Below the pieces are notes generated by a model. The model was not told where the DNA came from and searched no databases. It worked only from the letters and a program-made list of their open reading frames with translations. A DNA stretch of 55,299 nucleotides, taken from contig JBMCXO010000001.1 in assembly GCA_048621055.1 (NCBI GenBank), positions 1 through 55,299 on the forward strand, read 5' to 3'. Every line of letters starts with the position of its first letter. Positions within the stretch are counted from its first letter, which is position 1. Shown here in pieces: positions 19,644 through 28,045 of this stretch. This DNA comes from Candidatus Natronoplasma sp. Its GTDB lineage: Archaea; Thermoplasmatota; Thermoplasmata; Halarchaeoplasmatales; Halarchaeoplasmataceae. Position numbers and translations under genes: made by a program.

Positions 19644-21764
19644 ATGGCATCAAAAAAAGATGAACTCGATGGGCTTTTTGATCCAGATTCTATCGCAGTT
19701 ATCGGTGCCTCCAGAAAAGAAGGAAAGATAGGATACACACTTTTTTCAAACATAATAAAATCTGATTATAAGGGAGAGGTATACCCTATAAATCCAAAGG
19801 GTGGAGAGATTTTCGGAGAAAAGATATACGAATCCATCGAGGATGTGCCCGGGAGCGTAGATCTTGCGGTAGTCGTTGTGCCTGCCAAGATAGTAAAAGA
19901 TGCTATACATGAATGTGGAGAAAAAGGGGTAAAACATGCGATAGTCATCTCCTCGGGCTTTTCAGAAATAGGAAATGTGGAAGAGGAAGAGGAGATGGTT
20001 GAAGAGGCAAAAAAATATGGCATGAGAGTTTTAGGTCCTAATGTTTTTGGCATTTACTCTTCACGGTCAGACCTGAACGCAACTTTCGGTCCTTCAGAGA
20101 TAGAAAAGGGAAGCATCGCTTTACTGTCCCAGAGCGGAGCTTTAGGTATCGCTATGATAGGAAAGACCGCCCAGCAGTATTTAGGTCTCTCTGCTATAGT
20201 GAGCATCGGTAACAAGGCTGATATCGATGATATAGACCTTGTAGACTATTTCAGCGAAGATGAAGAAACAGATGTCATAATGATTTATATGGAGGGGCTG
20301 GAAAACGGAAGGGAGTTCATGGAAAAAGTCAGAGAACTCCCGGAAGATAAAACGGTAGTCGTGATCAAATCAGGCCGTTCGGATAAAGGTGCTACTGCAG
20401 TTGCATCTCATACTGGCTCACTTGCTGGAAGTGACCGTATATTTTCCTCCGCATTCGAACAATGTGGTGTTCACAGAGCGGAGGATTTGAGGGAAGCTTT
20501 CAATTGGTCTAGAGTCCTTTCAACGTCTCCACTCCCAAAAAAAGATAATACTGTCGTGGTCACAAACGGTGGCGGCATAGGAGTCTTAAGTGCCGATGCG
20601 GCGGAAAAATACGATGTGAAATTGCTGGATGACCAGACACATTTAAAAGAAACTTTTGAGGATGCTATACCTTCATTTGGTTCTACCAAAAATCCTGTAG
20701 ATATAACTGGTCAGGCTGGAAAAGAGGAATACGAGAGTTCTTTGAGGAAGGCTTTCAAAAGCGATATGACCGGTGCTGTTGTGGGGCTTTACTGCGAAAC
20801 AGGGACCGCCGATCCGTGGAAAGTAGCCGAGGCGATAAAAGAGGTATATGACGACCATGGGGCTGAAAAGGCTTCGGTGTACACCTTTACCGGTGGCAAG
20901 AAAGTCCAGGAATGTGTCCAATGGTTAAGAAAACATAAGATACCGGCTTTCACAGACACTTACGAATGTATATCCGCTTTGGGTGCACTTTTCAAGAAAA
21001 AACGCTATCTTGAGAGGGAAAAAGAAAGGCAGGAAGAGATAGAGTTGGATATACCTCTCGATAAGATTAGAAAAAGAGTGAGAAAGATAAGAAATAAGGG
21101 TAGATTAACGCTGTTAGAACAAGAAGCACGTGAGATATTGGATCTTGCAGATGTTCCAATGGTAGAGGGAGAAGTAGTGAATTCATTAGATAGAGCGGTA
21201 GAGGTTTCAGAAGATATAGGATACCCAGTAGTATTGAAAGTTGTTTCAGAAGATATAATACATAAATCCGATGCTGGCGGTATCGCTCTCGATCTGGAGA
21301 ATGAAGAGGAAGTTGTAGATGCCTATCAAGCGATATATTCGAATTGCCGCAAGAATTATCCCGATGCTCACATAAGCGGTATTTCCGTAGCAAAGATGCT
21401 CAAAGGTGGAGAAGAGACCATAGTAGGTGGTTCGAGAGACGGTTCTTTCGGACCTTTAATAATGTTCGGTTTAGGTGGCGTTTATGTAGAAGTTCTAGAA
21501 GACGTAGAGTTCCGTGTCGCTCCCATAACCAAAAAAGAGGCTAGAAGGATGATGGGGCAGATAGACTCTTTCCCAGTATTGGTCGGAGCAAGGGGGCAAC
21601 CGAGAAAAGATTTAAACGCATTGGCAGATGTTATATATAGGATATCCTATTTGATGAATGAAATAGAGGAGATCTCGGAGATGGACCTCAATCCTATCAA
21701 AGCATTCGATCAAGGAGAAGGATGTAAAGTTGTAGACGTGGCTATAAATCTCGAAAGTAGGTGA
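19644..21764 (+). CDS. acd: ADP-forming acetyl-CoA synthetase, fused alpha-beta
   Basis: About 706 aa. LFDPDSIAVIGAS, ASHTGSLAGS, and a C-terminal ATP-grasp (GYPVVLKVVSEDIIHKSDAGG). Confidence 0.92.
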   Translation: MASKKDELDGLFDPDSIAVIGASRKEGKIGYTLFSNIIKSDYKGEVYPINPKGGEIFGEKIYESIEDVPGSVDLAVVVVPAKIVKDAIHECGEKGVKHAIVISSGFSEIGNVEEEEEMVEEAKKYGMRVLGPNVFGIYSSRSDLNATFGPSEIEKGSIALLSQSGALGIAMIGKTAQQYLGLSAIVSIGNKADIDDIDLVDYFSEDEETDVIMIYMEGLENGREFMEKVRELPEDKTVVVIKSGRSDKGATAVASHTGSLAGSDRIFSSAFEQCGVHRAEDLREAFNWSRVLSTSPLPKKDNTVVVTNGGGIGVLSADAAEKYDVKLLDDQTHLKETFEDAIPSFGSTKNPVDITGQAGKEEYESSLRKAFKSDMTGAVVGLYCETGTADPWKVAEAIKEVYDDHGAEKASVYTFTGGKKVQECVQWLRKHKIPAFTDTYECISALGALFKKKRYLEREKERQEEIELDIPLDKIRKRVRKIRNKGRLTLLEQEAREILDLADVPMVEGEVVNSLDRAVEVSEDIGYPVVLKVVSEDIIHKSDAGGIALDLENEEEVVDAYQAIYSNCRKNYPDAHISGISVAKMLKGGEETIVGGSRDGSFGPLIMFGLGGVYVEVLEDVEFRVAPITKKEARRMMGQIDSFPVLVGARGQPRKDLNALADVIYRISYLMNEIEEISEMDLNPIKAFDQGEGCKVVDVAINLESR

Positions 21765-21770
21765 TATAAA

Positions 21771-22799
21771 ATGAAAAATCTCATAATATCCTCGACTGAA
21801 GAGGATGCTGGAAAAACGACTATCGGTCTAGGATTAGCACTTGGAGATGATAGACCTTTAAATTACTTTAAACCCTTCGGTGATAGGCCTATCTATAAAA
21901 AAAAGAGGCTCATAGACTATGATGCTAAACTGTTCAAGAACGTCCTTTCTCTTGATACAGAATATGAGAAATTTTGTATAGGCTTCGATCACTCCAAAAT
22001 CAAGTACGCTTTCGACGAAGATACGATTCGTGACAAGATCAAAGAAAGGACAGATGAACTCTCAGAGGGAAAAGAAGGTTTGATAATAGAAACTGGAAAA
22101 CACTGGGGATTCGGATCTTCGATCACTCTTGATCCGGTATCCCTCTCCAAGATGATCGAAACTGAAGTAATACTGGTGACTTCAGACAGCGGAACTGAGA
22201 TACTAGACAAACTAACGACCGCATATAACTACTTCGAAAAAAACGGTGTGGATCTGCGGGGCGTCGTGCTGAACAAGGTCGAATCTTTGGAGGAGGCTGA
22301 AGATTTTGTTGTGGACGATATAGAAGATTTAGGTTTGGATGTATTGGGGATAATACCCAAGATCAGCAGTCTTGACCTAACCAGGATGAGCTTCATAAAC
22401 GATATGCTTTTCGGTAAGGTCGTAGCGGGAGAGGAAGGCCTTAACAATATAGTAGAAAATGTATATGTAGGTGCTTTGAGCGCCGATGAATTAGTGCGTA
22501 TTCCCGCTTTTCAGGAAGATGGTAAGTTGATCGTCACTGGAGGAGATAGAACCGATGTCATCTTAGCTTCGTTAGAAGATGGAACATCAGGACTTGTTCT
22601 GACCAATGATATAATACCGCCCAGTAATATAATCTCAAAAGCTGATAGAGCAAACATACCCTTGGTCTCAGTACCTATCGATACTTATGAAGCCGCGAAA
22701 AGAATCGAGAGGATGGATACCATAACAACTATAGAAGACGATTACAAGATAGAGAACATCAAAGAAGAAGTAACACCTAGACTGGATATAAAAATCTGA
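21771..22799 (+). CDS. Pta N-terminal-like protein (P-loop DTBS-like domain plus DRTGG domain), with no PTA catalytic domain
   Basis: 342 aa with EEDAGKTTIGLGLA and LIVTGGDRTDVILASL. Confidence 0.75.
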   Translation: MKNLIISSTEEDAGKTTIGLGLALGDDRPLNYFKPFGDRPIYKKKRLIDYDAKLFKNVLSLDTEYEKFCIGFDHSKIKYAFDEDTIRDKIKERTDELSEGKEGLIIETGKHWGFGSSITLDPVSLSKMIETEVILVTSDSGTEILDKLTTAYNYFEKNGVDLRGVVLNKVESLEEAEDFVVDDIEDLGLDVLGIIPKISSLDLTRMSFINDMLFGKVVAGEEGLNNIVENVYVGALSADELVRIPAFQEDGKLIVTGGDRTDVILASLEDGTSGLVLTNDIIPPSNIISKADRANIPLVSVPIDTYEAAKRIERMDTITTIEDDYKIENIKEEVTPRLDIKI

Positions 22800-22859
22800 A
22801 AAGACCCTTCGAATTAGTAACCGTCTCTCTCTGATGCGGAAAAAAAGGATTGATGATAG

Positions 22860-24698
22860 ATGGTATATGATGTAGATTATGTGGAAGCTGAAAAAGCTAT
22901 CAAAGAGATCGGTAGAGGTGAAAGAGTTTTTGTTGGATCGGGGGCCGCTGAACCTCAGTACCTCGTCAAAAATTTGACCGATCTAGCCAATCAGTTTTAC
23001 GATACAGAAATATTTCACATACAGACTTTGGGCGTCGCACCCTACACTGAGGATAAATTTGAAGACCGTTTCAGGCACAATGCTTTTTTCGTAGACGACA
23101 ACACGAGGGACGCTGTAGCCGAGGGGAGAGCCGATTATACTCCTATATTTATGAAAGATATCCCCAAACTGTTCAGGAGTAAGAGGGTTCCTTTGGATGC
23201 GGCTTTGGTTCAATTGTCTCCCCCAGACGAACACGGGTGGATGAGTCTTGGTATCGCTGTAGATATAATAAAATCAGCTGTGAAAAACTCAAAGATCGTC
23301 ATAGGACAAGTGAACCCCCATATGCCTAGAGTTCACGGAGATTCCTTCATACATGTAGATGATGTAGATTATTTGGTACATCATGAGGAAGAACTCTTGG
23401 AATTCGATCCTATATTTCCCAGCGAGAAAGCAGAAGAAATAGCTGATAATGTAAGCCCCTTGATCGAGGACGGAGCTACAATACAGGTCGGTTATGGAGA
23501 GATACCTAATGCTATTTTATCTCATCTTGAAGAAGAGGAAAATCTTGGTATTCATACGGAGATGTTATCAGAAGACCTTGCTGAGTTAATCAAAGACGGG
23601 ATCATAACCAATAAAGAAAAGAGCATACATCCAGGAAAGAGCATAGCTTCATTTTTGATGGGCACTAAAGATCTATATGATTTCGTAGATGACAATCCCT
23701 CCATAGAACTTCATCCCTCTGATTATACCAACGATCCTTTTAACATAGCAAAAAATCACAAGATGACCGCGATAAACACCGCCTTACAGGTAGACCTCAC
23801 GGGCCAGGTCTGTGCCGACTCGTTAGGTTACAGCTTCTACAGCGGTATCGGTGGTCACGCTGATTTTATGAGAGGAGCAGGATATGCGGAGGATGGAAAA
23901 TCGATCATCGCCCTTTCATCGACCGCTCAAGATGGAGAGGTTTCAAGGATCGTTCCATCTCTAGATGAAGGCGCTGGGGTAGTTACTACGAGAGGAGATG
24001 TAGAGTATGTAGTGACTGAATACGGTACTGCTTATCTGAAAGGGAAAAATATTCGAAACCGAGCCATGGAACTCATAAATATAGCCCATCCAAAGTTTAG
24101 AGAAGAACTTCTCAAAAAAGCGAAGGAACATAACCTTGTTTATAAAGATCAGATGCTTGTAGTTGGTGAAGGAGGGAGATACCCAGATGAATACAAAGAT
24201 TACGTTGAGATCGAGGGCAAAGAATTCGTGTTCCGGCCGATGAAACCTACTGACGATGAACTTCTAAAGGACTTATTCTACTCGCTTTCTGATGAAAGCC
24301 GATATAAACGTTTCATGAGCGCTCGAAAGGACATGCCTCACGAGAGAAGGCAGGAGTTCGTCCAGTTGAATTATAATAAGGAGATGGCTATCGTAGTAAT
24401 AGATACCGAAATCGATGGGCCTCACAGGATGGTAGGAGTCGGAGATTATCGGATCAAAGAAGGACAATATGTTGCTGAAGTCTCCTTCATGATAAGAGAC
24501 GAGTACCAAGGTCAGGGAATAGGAACTAGACTCCTTGAATATCTGACCATGATCGCTCAGGATCAGGGTCTTTACGGATTTACAGCCGAAGTACTCGCGG
24601 ACAATAAGAAGATGTTGAGAGTCTTCGAAAAGATGGGTTATGATATAGAAAAAAGAAGAGAATTCGGAGAGATAATCTTAAAGATGAGGTTCAAATGA
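22860..24698 (+). CDS. acetyl-CoA hydrolase/transferase-family domain fused to a Pat-type GNAT acetyltransferase domain
   Basis: 612 aa. CoA-transferase-like N-terminal ~440 aa (VFVGSGAAEPQ...). The C-terminal FRPMKPTDDELLKDLFYSLSDESRYKRF...QGQGIGTRLLEYL matches the GNAT domain of bacterial Pat. Confidence 0.8.
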   Translation: MVYDVDYVEAEKAIKEIGRGERVFVGSGAAEPQYLVKNLTDLANQFYDTEIFHIQTLGVAPYTEDKFEDRFRHNAFFVDDNTRDAVAEGRADYTPIFMKDIPKLFRSKRVPLDAALVQLSPPDEHGWMSLGIAVDIIKSAVKNSKIVIGQVNPHMPRVHGDSFIHVDDVDYLVHHEEELLEFDPIFPSEKAEEIADNVSPLIEDGATIQVGYGEIPNAILSHLEEEENLGIHTEMLSEDLAELIKDGIITNKEKSIHPGKSIASFLMGTKDLYDFVDDNPSIELHPSDYTNDPFNIAKNHKMTAINTALQVDLTGQVCADSLGYSFYSGIGGHADFMRGAGYAEDGKSIIALSSTAQDGEVSRIVPSLDEGAGVVTTRGDVEYVVTEYGTAYLKGKNIRNRAMELINIAHPKFREELLKKAKEHNLVYKDQMLVVGEGGRYPDEYKDYVEIEGKEFVFRPMKPTDDELLKDLFYSLSDESRYKRFMSARKDMPHERRQEFVQLNYNKEMAIVVIDTEIDGPHRMVGVGDYRIKEGQYVAEVSFMIRDEYQGQGIGTRLLEYLTMIAQDQGLYGFTAEVLADNKKMLRVFEKMGYDIEKRREFGEIILKMRFK

Positions 24699-24818
24699 GG
24701 TGAGAAGATAATAAGCGATGAGGAGTGTATAGAAGAAAAAATCGAAAAAGATTGGGAGATCGATTTTAACGGGATCAAAGAGATAATCGAAGAAGCAGGA
24801 GATGATGGAAGACATCAG

Positions 24819-25460
24819 TTGATCGAAAGCGAAATGCGTAAAGTTCTCCAAATCGCGGGCATCTCGATGGCTAAAGGTAAGATAGTTAGAAATCTAGAAG
24901 ACTGTTTAGATGCGGCAGAAAGTATCGGTTATCCCGTAGTACTCAAAGTGGTCTCGGAGGACATAGTCCACAAGATGGACGTCGGCGGTATTGCTGTAGG
25001 TCTTGAGACCAAAAAAGAAGTCGAAGATGCCTATCAGGCAATACATTCAAGGGTCAAAAATAGAAAACCCGATGCGAACATAAGAGGTATTTCCGTTGCG
25101 GAGATGGTCGAAGGCGGTGTTGAAGTCGTGATAGGTGGGATGATGGATCCCACTTTCGGTCCAGTAGTGATGTTCGGGTTTGGAGGGATCTACGTGGAAA
25201 TATTCGAAGACGTAGAATTCAGAGTCGCTCCCATATCCATCGAAGAAGCACATCGGATGATGGCAGAGATAAATTCTTTTCCCCTGCTGACCGGCGCGCG
25301 AGGGCAAGGTTGTAAAGACTTGAATGCCTTGGCGGAAATGACCTCTCGAGTCGGGGATCTGATATACCACGTCGATGAAATAAACGATATAGACTTGAAT
25401 CCGGTAGCGTCCCTGGCTGAAGGTGCTAAAGCTTTGGACGTTGCGATCAGTCTAGGGTGA
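24819..25460 (+). CDS. ACD beta-type ATP-grasp domain protein; coding sequence probably begins upstream of the TTG
   Basis: GYPVVLKVVSEDIVHKMDVGGIAVGL is collinear with the C-terminal part of ORF 19644-21764. Homology continues through 24699-24818, which is in frame with the upstream gene and follows directly after its TGA. Confidence 0.8.
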   Translation: MIESEMRKVLQIAGISMAKGKIVRNLEDCLDAAESIGYPVVLKVVSEDIVHKMDVGGIAVGLETKKEVEDAYQAIHSRVKNRKPDANIRGISVAEMVEGGVEVVIGGMMDPTFGPVVMFGFGGIYVEIFEDVEFRVAPISIEEAHRMMAEINSFPLLTGARGQGCKDLNALAEMTSRVGDLIYHVDEINDIDLNPVASLAEGAKALDVAISLG

Positions 25461-25581
25461 GGTCTATCAAAGGATGGAAAAGAACACGCAGAGATCAAAT
25501 ATACCAAAATACTTATATCCAATTTTCATCTACAAATCTATCCGACATAAAAGCATCTAAAAAATCCTCCGGGGTCATAAC

Positions 25582-25896
25582 GTGTCTGTTAAAGAAATCA
25601 AGAAGATAAAGAAGGCTGAAAAACAAGGCCTTAAAAAAGTGGAAAAGGCCAAAAAGAAAGGCGAAAAGATGGTACAAGAGGCTAAAGAAAAAGCACATCA
25701 GGAGAAAGAAGATGCTCTGTTTTCGCTGAGGAAAGAGTTAAAAGAAAAAAAGAAAGAAGTTAAGAAAGAAGCCGAAAACAAGTCTGAAAAAATAAGGGAG
25801 AGAGGAGAAAAAGAAGCAGAAAAAATAAGAAGTTCGACTAAAGAAAATATATCTAGGGCCGTAGATCACGTCCTGAAAGAGGTAATGGAGGTATGA
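25582..25896 (+). CDS. atpH: A-type ATP synthase subunit H (Lys/Glu-rich coiled coil)
   Basis: 104 aa, GTG start, immediately precedes atpI. Composition and position are typical of AtpH. Confidence 0.6.
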   Translation: MSVKEIKKIKKAEKQGLKKVEKAKKKGEKMVQEAKEKAHQEKEDALFSLRKELKEKKKEVKKEAENKSEKIRERGEKEAEKIRSSTKENISRAVDHVLKEVMEV

Positions 25897-25900
25897 ACAT

Positions 25901-28045
25901 TTGCTGTTTCCAAAGATGATGAAAGACCTCACGATCCTTGTCCATAAAAATTATACCCATGAGGTCGTGGATTCTCTTCAAGACGAGAGTGTTGTCGAAA
26001 TAGATTCAGTAGATAGAGACGAGGATGTAAAAGAGCTCATAGAGGAAAAAAATATACCTGAAATCATCACAGATTTCACGGATTATGAGATGAGATTGTC
26101 CTCTATTATAGATATATTTGAAAGGATAGAAGAAGAAGGAGAAACAAGCATAAAAGAATTTTTGAATCCACCTGAACCCGAAAAGATTGAAAGGGAAAAA
26201 AAACCATTAGATGATCTATTCGATGAAGTAGATAATCTCCTAGAAGAAAATGGTAAAGAGATCAAGGAATTGAATTCCGAACTCACAGAGATAAAAGATA
26301 AGATAAAAGATCTGAAAGAAAAAGAAAAAGCCCTCAATATCATCATAGATATCGATATAGAATTGAGTTCGCTTGGTGAATCAACTTTTTCCGTTCTACG
26401 ACTAGGAAAAACAAAAAACCCCACTAAGTTGAAAAGTGCCTTAGAGGAATTAGAAAGTGCTTTTTTCTCTAAGACCGGAAAGACAGAGGAGGAATATCTC
26501 GTATTGACTGGGGCTTATTTAGGGGAGAAAGAGGGATACGAAAGGGCTCTCAAAGAAGGAGATTTTAGGCCACTCAAGTTAGAGGAGCTTAAAGGGGATC
26601 CAAAAGAGGCTCTCGCAAGGGTAAAAAAGGGTCTTAAAAAGTTGAAGGAACGACGCGACTCGATTGTCGATGATCTGAGAGAATATAAAGAGGATTGGGA
26701 GAAAAAATACCAGGTGTTAAGAGAAGAGTTGAATATATATAGGGATAAAAAAGAGATTGTCCAGAATTTCGGCAGTACGGATACGACTAGCGTGATAAAA
26801 GCCTGGGCTGAAGAAGACGATATTGAAAAGGTAGAAGATGTTATCTCAGATTGCGCTAAGGGTCACGCCGAAATCGTCGATGAAGAACCTGTAGATCCAG
26901 ATGAAGTCCCCATCTCTCTAGAAAATCCAAAACCTATCAAGCCGTTTGAGCTTTTAACGAAGATGTTCGCACCTCCGAGATATGACGAGGTCGATCCAAC
27001 TATTATTGTGGGTCCTGCATTCGTTCTTTTCTTCGGTTTGATGCTTGGAGATTTTATTTACGGTCTCATACTAGCTGTTGGAGCCATCGTCATGATAAAA
27101 GGGCCTGGGAAGGTAGAAGAGGGGATAAAGAACTTCGGCTGGATTCTATTTGCAACGGGGCTCTCCACCATATTTTTTGGTCTTATCCAAGGGGGTTATA
27201 TGGGACCAGGTAGAGATGACTATCATAACCTTATAGGTAGATTCGGTATCGAGACCCCTGCTTTACTGGAAACATTAGAAGGAGATGGACCCCTCATACT
27301 GCTAATCATCTCTTTGGTTATTGGAATAACCTACATCAATATTGGGCTCGTATTGCAATTGGTCCAACATATAAAACGAAAGAATTACAAAAGAATCATA
27401 CTTGAAAATACATCATGGTGGTTGTTGCAGCCCGCCGCATTTATACTGATAGCTCCTATGATGGTTGAAGATTTTACCTTTACATCTACTGTAAACTACG
27501 CAGCCTATGGAATGGGGGCTGTCGGCCTAATCCTTTTAGCTCTTAGAGCTAAAGGACTGTCTTTCTTCGAGTTGACCGGCTTTTTAGGCGACTTTTTGTC
27601 TTTTTCAAGAATATTGGCCCTGGGATTGGCGACTGCGGGAATAGGGCTTACCGTGAATGTGATCACTGATCTGGTCGCTGGAGCAGATGTAGGCATGTTG
27701 ATAGTCTGGCCCCTATTGGCGATAGGCACAATTGTTGCTTTATATGGCCATATCAAGAAAAAAAGTGATAAGATGACAGGGGTCGGTGGAGTTTTGATAA
27801 TACTTGGCGCGATGGGTTTTGCAGATCCTTCATATCCATTCTTTGTATTAGCTCTTTTAGTATTCTTTGCTGGCCATATTATAAACCTCGCGCTTCAAGG
27901 TTTAGGTTCCTTTGTCCATTCGCTCAGGCTTCAATATGTTGAGTTCTTTGGATATTTCTTCGAAGGTGGAGGAAAGGAATTCGAACCTTTTAAATTTGAA
28001 AGAAAACACACAAAATTAAAAACTAAGGAGGAGATGACAAAATGA
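25901..28045 (+). CDS. atpI: A-type ATP synthase subunit I (stator a-subunit)
   Basis: 714 aa. Soluble coiled-coil N-terminal half plus a polytopic C-terminal half, in the operon position expected for atpI. Confidence 0.9.
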   Translation: MLFPKMMKDLTILVHKNYTHEVVDSLQDESVVEIDSVDRDEDVKELIEEKNIPEIITDFTDYEMRLSSIIDIFERIEEEGETSIKEFLNPPEPEKIEREKKPLDDLFDEVDNLLEENGKEIKELNSELTEIKDKIKDLKEKEKALNIIIDIDIELSSLGESTFSVLRLGKTKNPTKLKSALEELESAFFSKTGKTEEEYLVLTGAYLGEKEGYERALKEGDFRPLKLEELKGDPKEALARVKKGLKKLKERRDSIVDDLREYKEDWEKKYQVLREELNIYRDKKEIVQNFGSTDTTSVIKAWAEEDDIEKVEDVISDCAKGHAEIVDEEPVDPDEVPISLENPKPIKPFELLTKMFAPPRYDEVDPTIIVGPAFVLFFGLMLGDFIYGLILAVGAIVMIKGPGKVEEGIKNFGWILFATGLSTIFFGLIQGGYMGPGRDDYHNLIGRFGIETPALLETLEGDGPLILLIISLVIGITYINIGLVLQLVQHIKRKNYKRIILENTSWWLLQPAAFILIAPMMVEDFTFTSTVNYAAYGMGAVGLILLALRAKGLSFFELTGFLGDFLSFSRILALGLATAGIGLTVNVITDLVAGADVGMLIVWPLLAIGTIVALYGHIKKKSDKMTGVGGVLIILGAMGFADPSYPFFVLALLVFFAGHIINLALQGLGSFVHSLRLQYVEFFGYFFEGGGKEFEPFKFERKHTKLKTKEEMTK

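Noticed and set aside
24696-24698. Genome-wide reassignment of TGA (code 4/25-like) as the explanation for the in-frame TGA.
   Set aside because: TGA ends other conserved genes at the expected positions (for example ACD at 21762-21764 and atpI at 28043-28045). Long conserved genes (atpA, polB) are unbroken under the standard code.
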